Source: the human T2T-CHM13v2.0 reference genome, Homo sapiens. From it: a stretch of DNA of 64,000 nucleotides. The notes under the pieces are model-generated. The model was not told where the DNA came from and ran no database searches. It saw only the letters and a program-made list of their open reading frames with translations. This document shows, one piece after another, positions 45,976-60,814 of this stretch (position 1 is the first letter of the stretch; each line of letters begins with the position of its first letter). Where the stretch lies: assembly GCF_009914755.1 (NCBI RefSeq), contig NC_060932.1; one strand, written 5' to 3'. The position numbers and the translations under genes were made by a program.

Positions 45976-47897
45976 CCATTCATAATATTCTTTTCCGTAA
46001 TTCCAGTCTGCTCTGATTTTAGTTAAAAACAACAACAGTTTCTATTTTAGTACATTTAGTGGGAAGAAACGAAGATTGAAAATCTCTCCTGACTTTCCAA
46101 TCTGAAGTCTCAGTAACCAGTCTGTACTTTTATTTTTGTGAGAATATTACAGTTTCTCACAAAAGAAACTATCTGTAGTTTTATCTTAAGACATACACTT
46201 AATTTTTGAAATGGTTTACTAAAACAATCTAGGTCAGATACCTACTGCTAATTCTAGAGTTGGGTATAAAAAAATCTAGCAAAGCTCACATACTGGTAAA
46301 AACTGAAAATACTAATTAATCAACCAGGTGGCTTAATGGTCAAGAAAACTATTTATCACTAGCATCCGTGTATTGAGCATCTACCACATAAGAACACTCT
46401 GGTGTGAGATGTGGACCCTGCTGTGAAGGAGCTTACCATGCGGACAGACAAAAACAGGAGAAATGTAAAAAGAACGCAGGCTGGCATATGCTGAGTGTCA
46501 AAAATGAGTGGATGCCCACCCCTACTTCCTTTTATCCGAGTGAAGTTTAATATCTATAATACTTTCTATGACATTTTACTTGCGGAAAAGCTGTTGAAGC
46601 AAAGGAGTCAATAGTGCCGGTGTCTGCATTTAGGTAGCTCATGATTTAAGGGGATCCCTGACACACGTCCATCTTAGTCAGGTGGATTCTAAGATTCTAA
46701 TGGCATGAGTTCCTTAAAGGTCCTTATCTAAATGCTCCCGGTTCCTAATGATTAGGCTACTGAATTGTTTCTGTGTGCCCTTTAAGTTACTAATTAATCA
46801 ATTACAGTCCAGAGGGATTAAGGGTAAGGGAATTACTGAACTGCAGAACTAGAAGGGCCTAAGATGGACCAAAAACCGTCATTTTCCGTCAGGTCACTTT
46901 AAATCCATGCTGGTTATACCAGCGTAGGATGTATGTATGTATTTATTTACTTATTTTTTAAATACACAACCACTTCTGCTAACTCATTTTCTGAATTTTC
47001 TTCTTAATCCAAATCCCTAACACTAAAATTTGAATTCAAATGCTCTCAGTTTATGTCTCATAGAGGTGAGGAAGGGACCGTCATGCTCTCTTGAATGATT
47101 CTGTATGTTTGGAAACCATTTTAGAAATCATTCTATTCTATAGTCTTTTCTTTTCCAGGTTAAGTAATTCTGCATTGTTCACATCAGTTCAGTAAAGTAG
47201 CTGAAATCTCTGGAGAAACCAATGAGCAGAGAACACCTCTCCTTCATGTCTAATGTGAAGTTTAAAGTACAACATAAACAAATACCACTGACATCTTAAG
47301 TCCAATCATATGTAATAATCAGAGCCATTTTTCTTTCCAAGTACAGTTCAGTTAACCTTCAATATATCTTTTCAATCTTCAAGAAAGAAACATTCCCACC
47401 AATAACGAATACTACTACTCAAATCATCCTCAATCAAAAACACATAAAACGTGTGTGTTTTTGAAAGTTAAACATTAAGAGTGAAAGATGATTTAGAGTA
47501 TGACTAAGGAGAATGAAATAAAAGTTAGCAAAGGAAAACTTCCCTATAAAATTAGCAAAAACTGCTCATGAGAAAGTACTCAATTAGCAGACGCTAGAGT
47601 TAACACGATCCATGTGTACAAGTATACCTGAATATGGAAGAGCAATTATCCTCCCCGGAAATAAAATAAATGCTGAGTGCATTTTTTTATTTAGGCATTT
47701 TTTTTTTCTTTCAAATAAGTTTTGTACTAATCACTCTCTAAAATTATTTCATGAGACACTCTGACTAAATTATCAAGTCAAATTTTACCTGGGAGATGGT
47801 TAATTAGTAAATTTCAGAAAAGTAAACTTAAACTTATCTTCTAAGTATTCCTTATTATTTCTTTGTACCCAATTATGAAATAAATATTTACCACTAC

Positions 47898-48083
47898 AGA
47901 TAACTTATATTTAAAACATATGGTAAAGAGAACTGAAACCACTCATTAATGCCCAGTGATAACCATCTTATGTTGTGGGTGAATCAGAGATAACTTACAG
48001 TATATTTAAAATACATGGTAAAGAGAACTGAAACCACTCATTATCACCCAGTGATAACCATATTCTTATGCTGTGGGTGAATC
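47898..48083. repeat. Two-copy ~90-bp tandem duplication
   Basis: AGATAACTTA...TGGTAAAGAGAACTGAAACCACTCATTA...CCCAGTGATAACCAT...TGTGGGTGAATC occurs at 47898-47985 and 47988-48083. Confidence 0.9.
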
Positions 48084-48569
48084 TATGTTTGGTATATATT
48101 ATGTAAATGTTAAAAAATATCAGACATATGAATATGTTTATTTAACAATTCTGCTTTTGCTTAATATTTAGGTTGTTTAAATTTTTTATTGTGATAAGAC
48201 AGTGATGACTATTCATATATTCATGTATATAGTGTGTGTTTGTGACTATCACTGATTATTCCAATACAAATTTCTAGAAGAAGTATAATTACTGAATAAA
48301 AGTTAAAAAAAAGCTTCTTTTCTAGAAGTTAAAGGTTTATGATTTAAACAGAAAAATATGACAAATTTATTCCTTCCTTTTTGTAAACTTTTTATTTGGA
48401 AACAGCTACCAACTTACAAGTAAGTTGCAAAAATTAAAATGGTACCAAAAACAGCTACATAACCTCACCCAGATCTACGTTTGGGAAGGTTTTATTTATC
48501 TCATTTGCTTTATCATTTGCCCCTTCCCTATCCCTGTATACTAGATACACCCACACCCACACATACGCA

Positions 48570-48571
<2 letters not shown>

Positions 48572-48640
<69 letters not shown>
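48572..48640. repeat. Interrupted (CA)n microsatellite
   Basis: Direct read. Confidence 0.95.
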
Positions 48641-48641
<1 letters not shown>

Positions 48642-49308
48642 TCTCCCCAAAACGTTTACAAGTTATATACATCATCATGGTCCTTTATCCCTAAATATGC
48701 CAGTATATATTTTCTAAGCATAGACATATTGCCTTACGTAAGTACAGAATCAACCTTATAATTTTACATTGATACAATCCTTTTATTTAATGTCCATATT
48801 CCAATTCTGTCAGTTGATCTAATAATGTACTTTCTCTTCCAATACTGGATGCAGTTGGGGGCAGAAGGTTAACTTCGTTTTCATGTCTCTTGGGCCTCAT
48901 GTAATCTGGAAAGTTAGCACAGCCTTTCTTTTATAATATTAACATTTTTGAAGAATACAATCTTTCAACATTAAAAAAAGTAAAACATTCCTCATTTTGA
49001 TTAGACTTACATCATGTATTTTTGGCTGGAATGCTGCAGAGATGTCGTGCCTTTAGAGTATCCACCTAGAGAGATAATATAAGCCTATCTGTCCCTCATT
49101 GGTGATGTTGATTTTGATTATCTGGTCAAGGCATTGTCCCCTTTCTCCAATATATAATTACTCCTCCCCCCAGCCCCCTTTGAAAGTAAGTCTGTAATAA
49201 GAAAACCACGCAAATATTCTTCTCCTTAGTGAAACAATCCCCATATTTAGCATCCATTAATAATTCTTGCCTGGTCTAATAATGGGTACATGATGAGTCC
49301 CATGTCAT

Positions 49309-52300
49309 CCCTCCCTCCACCCGTCCTTCCCTGTTTCTCCCTCCCTCCTTCTCTCTCCCTCTCTCCCCCTCCATCCCTCCCTACCTCTGTCTCCTCTCAC
49401 TCCCTCCCTTTCTCCCTCCCCCATCCCTCTGCCTATCCCTTCTTCCCTCCCACCTCTTTCTCCCTCTCACTCCCTCCCACTCCCTCCCTCTCCCCCTCCC
49501 TCCCTCTTCCTCCCTCCCTCTCTCACTCTGCCCCTCTCCCTCCCTCCCTCTCACTCTCTCCCTCTGCCTCCCCCTCTCCCTCTCTCCCTCCCTCTCTCCC
49601 CCTCCCCCCCTCACTCTCTCCCTCTCCCCTCTCATTCTCTCCCTCTCCCTCTCTCTCCCTCTCCCTCTCACTCTCTCCCTCTGCCTCCCTCTCTCTCTCC
49701 TCCTCTCCCTCCCTCTCACTCTCCCCCTCCCTCTCCCACTCTCCTCTCCCTGCCTCTCTCCCCCTCCCTGTCTTACTCTCCCCCTCCCTCTCTCCCTCTC
49801 CCTCCCTGACTCTCTCCCTCTGCCTCCCTCTCACTCTCCCCCCTCCCTCCCTCTCTCACTCTCTCCCTCTGCCTCCCTACACCTCTCTTTCCCTCACTCA
49901 TTCCCTTATCCCTCCCTCCCTCTCTCTCCCTCCCTCTCCCCCACCCTCTCCATTCTCTCTCCCTCCCTCCCTCTACCTCTTCCTCTCTCCCTCTGTCCGT
50001 CTCCCTTCCTTCCTCCATCTCACCCTACATTCCTCCCTCTCGCCCTTCCTCTCTCTCCCTCCCTCGCTTCCCCTCTGCCTCCCTACACCTCTTTCCCTTA
50101 CTCCATCCTCCTCACTCATTCCCTCGTCCCTCCCTCCCTCTCTCCCACCCTCTCCGTTCTCTCCCTCCATCTCACTTCCTTCCTCCATCTCTCCCTCCTG
50201 ACCTTCCTCTCTCTCCCTCCCTTCCTCTCTCTCTGCCTCCCTTCCATCCTCACTATCCCTCCCTTCCTTCCTCTCTTTCTCCCTTCCTCTTTACTTCCTT
50301 CTTTCTTTCTCTCCCCGTCTGTTCCTTCATCTCTCTCTCTCTCCCCCTCCCTTCCTTCCTCTCTCTCCCTCTCTTCCTGTCTGTCCCTCCCTTCCTTCCT
50401 TCTTTCTTTCCTTTCCTTCCTCTCTCTCTAGCTCTCCCTCCCTTCCTTCCTCTCTCTCCCTCCCTCCATCTCTCTCCCTTCCTCCTCCTTTCTCCCTTCA
50501 TTCCTCCTTCTTTCTCTGTCCCTCCTTCCCTCCCTCTTTTCTGTCTTCCTCTCTCCATCCCTGCCTTCTGCTCGCCCTTTCTCTCTCCCTCCCTATCTTC
50601 CCCTCTCTCTCCATTTCTTCCTCTCTCCCTCCCTTCTCCCTCCCTTCCTTCTGCTCTCTCTCCCTCCCTTCCTTCTCTTCCTCTCCCTTCCTCCCTCTCT
50701 CCCCCCTTTCTCTCTCCCTTCCTCGTCTCTCCCTCCCTTCTTCTCTTACTCCCTCCCTTCCTCTCTCTCTCTTACTCCCTCCCTTCATTCTCCCTTCTAC
50801 TTCTCCCTTCCTTCCTCTTTCTCTCCTTCCCTTCCTTCCTCCCTGTACCTCTCCCTCCTTTCCTTCCTCTCTCTTCCCCCTCTTCCTTCCTTCCTGTCTC
50901 CCCCTCCCTTCCTCTCTTCTTTCTCCCTTTCTTCCTTCTTTCTTCTCTCTCCCTCCCTTCTTTCCTCTCACTCCTTCCTCTGTCTACCTCCCTCCCTTCC
51001 TCTCTCTTTCCCTCCCTCCCTTCATTCCTCTCTCCCTCCCATTTGCTCTTTCTCCCTTCCTTCCTACCTCTCCCTCCCTCCCTTCCTCACGCTCTCTTGC
51101 TCCCTCCCTTCCTTCCTCTTTCTACCTCCCTTCCTTTCTCATTCCCTCCCTTCTTCTGTCTCTCCCTCTCTCCCTTCTTTCTTTCATATCTCTTTTGCTC
51201 CCTCCCTCCCTTCCTCTCTCCTCCCTCCCTTCCTGCCTCTCTCCCTCCCTTTCTATCTCCCTCCTCTCCCCCTTTCCCTCCCTCCTTTCCTCCCTCTCTC
51301 TCTCTTCCATCTTGTTTCCTCCCTCCCTCTTTCATTCCTTCCCTCCTTCCCTCCCTTCTATCTCTCCCTCCCTTCATCCCTCTGTATCCCATCCTCCCTC
51401 TCTCTTCCTCCGTCTTCCTCCCTCGTTTCCTTCCTCCTCCTCCCTCCCTCCCATCCTTCCTCTCTCCCTCTCTTTCCTCTCTCACTCCCTCCCTCTCTCC
51501 TTCCTTTCTCCTGTCTCTCCTTCCCCTCCTCCCTCTCTCCCTCGCTTCCTCCCTCTCTGCCTCCCTCCCTATCTCTCCCTCACTACCTTCATCTCTCTGT
51601 CTCCCCCTCTCCCTTCCTCTCCCCTTCCTTCCTCTCTCCCTCCATCCCTTCCTCCCTGCCTTCTGTTCTCCCTCACTTCCTCTCTCCCTCCCTTCCTTCT
51701 GCTCTCCCTCCCTTTCTTCTGTCTTTCTCCCTCCCTCCCATCCTTCCTCTCTCTAGCCCTCCCTCCCTTCCTCTCTCTCCATCTCCTTCCCTTCCTCTCT
51801 CTTCCCCTCCCTTCCTTCCTCTCTCCCCCCCTTCCTTTCTTCCTCTCTCCATCCCTTCCTCCCTCTTACTCCCTCTCTTCCTCCTTCTTTCTGTTCCTCC
51901 CTTCCTTCCTCTCTCCCTCCCTCCCCCTTCCTCTCTCCCTCCCTTCCTCCCTCTCTTTCTCCCTCCATTCCTCCCTCTTTCTCTGTCCCTCCTTCCCTCC
52001 CTTTTCTCCCTCCCTCCCTTTTCTCCCTCCCTTCCTTCCACTCTCTCCCCATCCCTTCCTTCTGCTCTCCCTCACTTTCTCCCTCCGTTCCGCTCTCTAG
52101 CTCTCTCTCCCTCCCTCCCCTCTCTCCCCGCTTCATTCCCCCTTCTCCCTTCCTCCCCCACTTCCCTTCTCCTCTCTCTCCTGCCTTCCTTTTTTTCTCT
52201 CTCCTTCCTCCAATCCTTCCTTTCTCACTCCCTGTTCCTTCCTCTCTCGCTTTCTCCCTTCCTCTCTCTCTCTCTCTCTCTCCCTCCCTTCCTGCCTCTC

Positions 52301-52852
52301 CCCTCCATTCATCCCTCTCTCTCTTTCCCTCCCTCTTTCCTTCCTCTCTTCCTCCCTTCTTTCTTTCCTCTCCCTTTCTCTCTTCCTTCCTCTCTCGCTT
52401 TCTCCCTTGCTTCCTCTCTCAGTCTTTCTCCCTCCCTTCCTCTCTCTCCCGTTCTTTCCTTCCCTTTATCTCTTTCCCCCTTCCTTCTTCTCTCCCTCCC
52501 TTCTTCTCTCTCTTTTCCTTTCCTCTGTCCCTCCCTTCCTTAGTATCTGTCTCCCTTTCTTTCCCTCCCTTTCTCTCTTTCCCTCCCTCCCTTCCTCTCT
52601 CTCTCCCTCCCTGCTTCCCTTCCTCTCTCTCCCTCCTTTCTTCTCTCTTCCTTCCTTCCTCTCTCCTCCCTCCCTTCCTCGCTCTCTCTTCCTCCCTCAC
52701 TTCCTTCCTCCCTCCCTCCTTTCCTCGCTCTCTCCCTCCCTTCCTCTCTCTCTTCCTCCCTCACTTCCTTCCTTCCTCTCTTCTCTCCCTCCTTTCCTTC
52801 CTGTCTGTCTCTCTCTCTCTCCTTCCCTCCCTTCCTTGGTTTCTCTTTCTCT
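49309..52852. repeat. ~3.5 kb polypyrimidine/polypurine low-complexity tract (CT-rich on +) in the TNKS last intron
   Basis: Almost only C and T on the + strand (CCCT, CCTT, CTCT motifs) with rare purines. Confidence 0.97.
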
Positions 52853-53698
52853 CATATACACACACATGCTTATATTACTACTTACCCATAAATTTACATG
52901 GGTGTACACACACGTTAGAAACCATGAGATCATAGTAATACTTCCAATTTCAGTCCACCCTTAGAGTCTTTCTTACCTTCTCCATTCCATATTTGTATGT
53001 CCCTTCTTCTACCATGAGAATTTTGGCTCCTCAAATCAATACATCAACACATCCGCTCATGTGCTCAATCCTATAATATGCTTAAGAGTTTCACTGTTTT
53101 GCCCACGGTATCTCCATCAACACATTTACTAAAAGGAGTTCAGGATTCCTTTGTCAGTCTTCCCCCAACAGCATTCCCTACCCTGCCCATGACTGAAGGC
53201 ACAGTATAAAATACTGTTTTCATAGGTTATATATATTTAGTTATTTCCTTCTTTATTTTTCTCTTTTATTGTAGTTATGGTATTCATTTGAAGTTCACTT
53301 ACATTCAGACAAATTGTTTTTGTTTTTGGACAAATCCTGTGGCATGTACATCCATGAAGACCCACTAACAGCAGCTGCCCTGGCATGCTGCCCACGAAGT
53401 GGCACAAGGCATTAGTTCAGAGCTGCAGGCCTCAAAACGGCATGAGGGCCCAAGCCTTTGTTTCTCAGCTGCCCTCTTGTTCACACTGTGTTATGTGGCT
53501 GACAGCTACTAATGGGTTTTAGGTAAAAAGTTGATGTCAAAGAATTATTTTGATACCTTTATTTTGTATCTGAAGTAATTAATACTAGCACACTGTGTGG
53601 TGGATATTTCACTGAAAAGTGTCTCAAGTCTTACACGGTCTCTGTGCTCTATTGACATGTTTGTGAACTTGGTTATGCTTGTTTGATGAGTAACATAC

Positions 53699-53855
53699 CT
53701 GTTCTCCTCTGTAGATGACATATTCAGCATATGCCAGCCCATTGACGCTCGGTCTACCAATGACTGAGTGGTGCCCTGGAGGCGCGTGGGCCATTTTCAT
53801 GGTGCTAAACTGCAGAAAGGATTTCCCAAGGGTCACTCTACAGAAGAGCATTTGT
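53699..53855 (-). CDS. TNKS: Tankyrase-1 penultimate exon (catalytic Glu in AEYVIY)
   Basis: (R)[52 protein letters not shown]; 157 bp, phase 2->0; AG at 53856-57, GT at 53697-98. Confidence 0.98.
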
Positions 53856-54043
53856 CTAAGGAAAAAGAAAAAAACAATGCTTTGAAGGAAGCTTTAAATC
53901 TTACAATAATATAACTGCTAGATCTATTAATTTTTTAAAAATTTAACATAAGGCAAGCTAATTTAAATGTCATTTTCAGATTTATGAGTAGGAATGGGAT
54001 GGAATTTGATATAATGATTTGCTATAAACAGTTACCAGACTCA

Positions 54044-54547
<504 letters not shown>

Positions 54548-54679
54548 TCATGAACGAAAGTACTTAGCTTAAATGTATGGCTGAAAATCATAATAGTCTG
54601 GGTGAAACCTGAATTAGAGCAGATGTTAAGTATCACAGAGTAAGAAAGACTGACTGGGAAGAAAGTCTATTATATACAC

Positions 54680-54899
54680 CAGGGGTTAGCAAGCTATAGC
54701 CCATGGCTCAATCCAGCCTGCAATCTGGTTTTGTAAATACAATTTTATTGGCACACAGCCATGCATTCATTTACATATAGTCTGTGGTTGCTTTTGCGCT
54801 ACAAGGGCAGAATTGAGTTACTGTGACAGGGATTGTATGACCTGCAAAACCTAAAATAATTATTATATATCCCTTAAAGAAAATGTCTGCTAATCTCTA
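54680..54899. mobile_element. MER58A-like hAT DNA transposon fossil
   Basis: CAGGGGTTAGCAAGCTATAGCCC...TTTTGTAAATACAATTTTATTGGCACACAGCCATGC...CTGCAAAACCTAAAATA. Confidence 0.75.
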
Positions 54900-55224
54900 A
54901 TATAAGCAATAAACATTTTTACAAATTAGTACAAATGATCACACTGTTAAATGTAAACAGTTACAATTCAGTCAAATTGTTTTTAGTAATGGAGTATAAG
55001 CTTTGTGTTATAAGTAACCAGAGATTTTATCTTGAGTCAACTAAAATTTGTGCTGGATCCAGGACAACTGGGTCTTATCTGGACTGGCTTTTTGAGTTGG
55101 ATGCTATTGATGATCCTCTGGGATGCTGGCTTGGTCTACTATATTCTCCTGCAGGTCCCAGAGAAAAGGGCTTTGCTCTCCATCAGAAGGAGGCTTTTTG
55201 AGCTCCATCTCTCTCTACATTTGT

Positions 55225-55807
55225 GGCAGTGCTATGTTGTCGTTAGATTCTGCTAGTCTCTTACGTCACACAAAGGTGAACTTGACAGGCCCTGGTCTTC
55301 TGCTTCCTGCCCCAGGGCTCGCCTGTTGCTGCCGAGGCAGGAGATGACGTGGGACCTGCTCAGCCAGCGGTGAGCTGCAGCTGCAGATGGGCAAGTAGAG
55401 AGCTGGCTCAAGTCTGCTCACTGGCTTGTCTGGTGCATTGTGGTGCATTCTGCAGACGCAGCAGCCTAAATGGTAGGGTTACCAATTAGCCCTGGTGGCA
55501 AATTTTGACAAATGCAAGACAGGAGCCAGCAGACAAATTCGTCTCTTTCTCTCACTGATATACTACTGTTGTGAGATGCCGTAGTTGATACAGCCTCTCC
55601 GGAGATGCCTCATGGACTGGGCAATCGACTGCACTCACTATGAGACTGTGGCCAGCTCATGAATGCACCTCACTGCGGTTGCTCTGCTGTCTTCTCCACC
55701 TCAGTTCCTTTTGGGCCCTCATTCCTGCTTCCCTGGGGCTGCACTGGCCAAATACTAGTCACATGCTTTTGCTTGAGGCTCTGTTTTCCAGAAATCCTGG
55801 CTAAGAC
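55225..55807 (+). mobile_element. Old ERVL-type LTR (LTR16/LTR33-like)
   Basis: 3' end CTCATTCCTGCTTCCCTGGG...GGCTCTGTTTTCCAGAAATCCTGGCTAAGAC. Confidence 0.5.
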
Positions 55808-55811
55808 TTAA

Positions 55812-56283
<472 letters not shown>

Positions 56284-57177
56284 GAAAATTTCTCTGTATT
56301 CCTAACCACAGAGGTCTTAATGGAAGGAAGTTTCCTTCCGGGTATATGACATCCGACTCCAAATGGCTGATGGCAATAATTTTGTTCAAAACACAACTGA
56401 GAGATAAGTTTTAAGGTCAATAATCACAATTTCAAGGTTACTGGGGCTTTTCTCCCTCAGAGATCCTTGTTCTGAAATTATTTGGGTCTTTTTAAGGTCT
56501 TAACCAAATTACAAAGTATCTTATTAACCTGGCTTGTTAAAAAGAATGCATTTGGTAAGTAAGTTTACACAGAAATGTAATAAATCCCAATCTTTGTACA
56601 GTATAATTCTTTTGTATTTTTTCATTGCCAAGGAAAGGGAAAGTACTTTTTTCGCCACTGACATCACAGAGATTATACCATTATTCTCTCCAATTTTTGA
56701 GTTTTAAAAGTCTATTAACAAGGCCAATATTCATTTGTTTGCTATTAATTCCAAAGTTGATATTTTAAGTTGCCAAGGCTAATTATATATCCTGCCTTAA
56801 AACAACAACATCACCAGCAACATCAGAAGTAAATTAAAGAGTCTATGTTTTTTATAGAAGTGTGTCTTCATTCAAATGTGACTAGAGCTAGCAGTTCTTT
56901 GTTCCACAGAAATCATCCTTAGCCTTGCCATATTCTGATTACAGAGGAAGAAAAGTGAAGCCCAGGGAGAAAGCCAAGATGCAGGGAGTTTTATCATAAC
57001 CCGTGACTGGAGGCCATGTACCTGGTTTTTACCCCTAGTTATCTGCTCTGTTGTTATTGCTCCTGTCAGAAGAGGCTGATCAGCTGTTCCCACCCATTCC
57101 CAGAACCAACGGGATTTACCGGGATGCAAGACTGAGGATAATCTGTGACTTCTGCAGAGCCTGATAAACCAATTTGG

Positions 57178-57477
57178 GGCTGGGCACGGTGGCTCATGCC
57201 TGTAATCCCAGCATTTTGGGAGGCCGAGGTGGGCAGATCATGAGATCAGGAGTTCGAGACCAGCTTGGCCAACATGGCAAAACCCCATCTCTACTAAAAA
57301 TACAAAAATTTGCTGGGCGTGGTGGCAGGTGCCTGTAATCCCAGCTACTGAGGAGGCTGAGGCAGGAGAATTGCTTGAACCCAGGAGGTGGAGGTTGCGT
57401 GAGCCAGGATCGTGCCACCGCACTCCAGCCTGGGTGACAAGAGCAAGACTTCATCTCAAAAAAAAAAAAAAAAAAAA
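57178..57477 (+). mobile_element. AluS(p/q)
   Basis: Full dimer with A tail; TSD CAATTTGG. Confidence 0.92.
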
Positions 57478-57534
57478 GACAATTTGGTTCGTGACCTAGG
57501 GGTGGGAAACGTTACACTAATGGCAAGATGCTTA

Positions 57535-57888
<354 letters not shown>

Positions 57889-58163
57889 TTACAACAAAAG
57901 TAATTCACTAGGTGGCTCAATTTGCAATTTAAGTACTAAAATAATTTTAGATCAAGTATTTTCACTGTATATGCACTGGAAAGTCTGTACTGATGTGTGA
58001 TACATTAGAAAGCTGGTACCAAGAAGTAATTATTTGAACAAAATAATCAAAACAAGCCGTTTTTAACACAACCGTATTATAGTCAATTTAACGTAGGTTT
58101 TTCCCTTTACTGACTCCTGCAAAGGCCCAGGGAGACGTCCACCGTCCCTGCCACGCTGCTTAC

Positions 58164-58269
58164 CATGAAACAACATGCGCTCATTGTGATGGTTGTGATT
58201 CTCCTCAGACACTTCCTTCTGTCGGTGGCAGAACCGCTCCCTCAACTTCTTGTTGACAACTTTTTGAAT
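58164..58269 (-). CDS. TNKS: Tankyrase-1 coding exon (PARP domain, catalytic His of the H-Y-E triad in LFHG)
   Basis: [35 protein letters not shown](G), within ORF 58063-58314; AG/GT flanks; 106 bp, phase 0->1. Confidence 0.97.
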
Positions 58270-59170
58270 CTTTAAGGATGAAGAAGAAAGAAACATTATC
58301 GGTGAAACGTGCATTTATGATTTAAAATGAAAAGTATGTTTTCCTTTTAGGAAGGTTCAATTTTTATTTTGCTTAAGACATAATTTAAAAGTGATAAAGC
58401 TACCATGTCAGTGTAATTCAGAAAATACTCTAGCTGTTAGTGACATAATTTTCAGTTACAGTTTTTGTTGTTCTATACCAGACCTGGCTGTTACCTCTAA
58501 ATCACCTCAGGATTAAAAAAAAAAATAGGTAAAAAGGTTATGTTTAGGCATCTCCCCAGACTTAATACATTTTAGGAGATGGGGATCTGTAAATCTGTAT
58601 TTTTTTTAAAAAAGTTCCCTGGGTTATTCTGATGTGTACCAGTATAACTTTTACAGGTCTGTTAACTCAAAGGGTTAAACCAGTTCTCTACAGGTTTTAT
58701 TCATCTTTATGATACCCCTTTGTAAAAAGCTTGAGTCATCTGTTCCATATTATAAATTGAGATACCGAGATTAAGAAATATATGTATTCTGAGGTAATTA
58801 CTGGTTCAATTAGATTGAAGATCCAGGACTTTGATGCAACTCTCAAATGATAAAAAACATTATTGTCAGCTATGGCCTGTATTTGTGCATGAGCAGGGAG
58901 ACCAATATCCACGTAAGTATCACTAGTAGAAGCTGATTTAGCCTCCTGTTTGTAGCTTTGACGCTTTCAGAATGTCTCTATTTTTAGTGACGTATTGTCT
59001 TGGGGAGTTAGAGATATTGTAGTGAGAAGAGTGCTATCTGACTTCAGACAGGTGACGAATTATCTTTCACAGTTTGAAAATATGACTTAATAAACTTTTT
59101 TCATTGTCTAGATTTGGTTTTTAGGCAAGCCTTGCAATCCAGTTTTCACCATGAAACTTTAAAAACTTAC

Positions 59171-59245
59171 TCGAATGACATTGTATCTGTTGAAGATGCC
59201 GCCAGCATTACCACCATCTCTGTGTTCTCGAATAGTACTTTGCAT
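59171..59245 (-). CDS. TNKS: Tankyrase-1 coding exon (PARP domain)
   Basis: MQSTIREHRDGGNAGGIFNRYNVIR; AG/GT flanks; 75 bp, phase 0->0. Confidence 0.96.
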
Positions 59246-60716
59246 CTACAGAACAAAATAACTAATTTTATAAAAACATCCCAGTGTGTAATTCTAGACA
59301 ATGATGAGTCTAAAATTCAGTATTAATAAATAAATAGGAGTTCACTATAAATTGATGAACAAGTTTAGTGGATAAGTATTTTTGGTGAGAAAATAATTTC
59401 AAACATAAATATTAAATTTATGCACTTTCTATTTACTTTTAAATAAAAGTTCTGAAAGAGTTTTCTGTAAACACAATGGGGAAACATATTAAAAAACACA
59501 TTAAGTCATCTACAATTACTATCTTATCTTATTGAGAAGAAGAACTAACACTCTGATTAAGTCAAACAAAAACTCCTTAAATGCCCGTTGGACAAATGCT
59601 AAAAATAAACAATTTTTAAAAAATATTTGTTCTGTAGGTGAAATATTCCATATTATCTCAATAGTCTTCAGCTTGGGATCTCTAAGTATATTTACACAGA
59701 CCAGGGGACATTGACTATAATGTACTACTAAAGGGAATAACTGTCTTCTGACTACTCTCTAAATTAAAAATAATTATGGAAAAGAAAAATGTTTTAAAGA
59801 TCTAAGTTTCTCAGAGAATTAACTCAATAAAAAAAATGAATTCTCTTCCTTACTGCTCCACTTGTGAAGAGTCACTACATTTTTGACATTGTTATCAAAA
59901 TGTACTAACTGCTAGGAGAATTAGGTAGTAAGACACCGGACCCCATGATGCCTTCCTGATGCGCTACGTATGAGCTGAAATACAGCCCTGGGGTCATGGT
60001 CCTGAGTTCCCTATGCAAGTTCCTAGCCTGGGAATGAAAATAAAATGAGCACTAATTAAACAAACAAACAAGAATTAGGCATACCTTTTTCTGCCTAGGT
60101 ATGTGCATAACACAATTGGGTAGCTTACTTATAACAATGGCATTAGGCTGTTTGTTTATGCATAAGCCGTCAGTGGAGCAGGAGTCTCACTGGCATCTGA
60201 CCACCAGGAGGGTTACACAAACAGCCTTCATAGGGGCTCAGAAGAACTGTGACTGGAAAAATGTTATGCAGAATAATGAGGCAGACCCAGAAGCATACGT
60301 GACGATTAGGCATATTATTTTATAGTCACATTTATAACTGCATAAAAACAAGGATGAGAACATATTTGCTCTCTATGAGGCAAGAGTTTTTCATTCTATG
60401 TCATTCTTAGGTGGCACTGTAACAATATAAGAAAATAGTTGTAATAGGCTCCTTATTTATTTTGCATGAGATTCAAGAAAATCTCCAGAATAAAAAGACA
60501 GATGGGCCCCATGCATTAGAAAACCTAGGCTTATGATGTGAAAACCATGGGGCGCCGTCATATTTTAATTTTGGCAATATTCTACCACAGTGGCTAAGAC
60601 AGACTGATTAATAGGCATGTGACCGCAAGGCAATGTAAGACGAGGTTAATTCCAGAAAAAGAGGTTTATCCACAGATTTCAAGAAAAGCAAATGAAAGAT
60701 TTCTGATGTATATTAC

Positions 60717-60814
60717 CTCTTCTTCCACTGACTGATATTCTTTATCTTCTGGAGCAAGATCCAGCAAAATCGTTCCCTGATTAACACAGTGAAAAGTCAA
60801 ATAAGGATTGGTGC
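60717..60814 (-). CDS. TNKS: Tankyrase-1 coding exon (SAM-PARP linker)
   Basis: (G)[32 protein letters not shown]; AG/GT flanks; 98 bp, phase 1->0, matching neighbours. Confidence 0.96.

Larger units (their letters stand above)
48375..53300 (-). mobile_element. Ancient L1MC/MD-type 3' region, split by the CT tract
   Basis: Flanks 48375-49290 and 52850-53300 resemble L1MC-type 3'UTR (AACTTACAAGTAAGTTGCAAAAA; GAAACCATGAG...CTTCCAATTTC). Confidence 0.5.

Noticed and set aside
49290-52964. Long ORFs (up to 303 aa) of S/L/P/F on + and R/E/G/K on -
   Set aside because: CT-only DNA cannot encode stop codons, so these are low-complexity artefacts with no domain, splice or promoter support.
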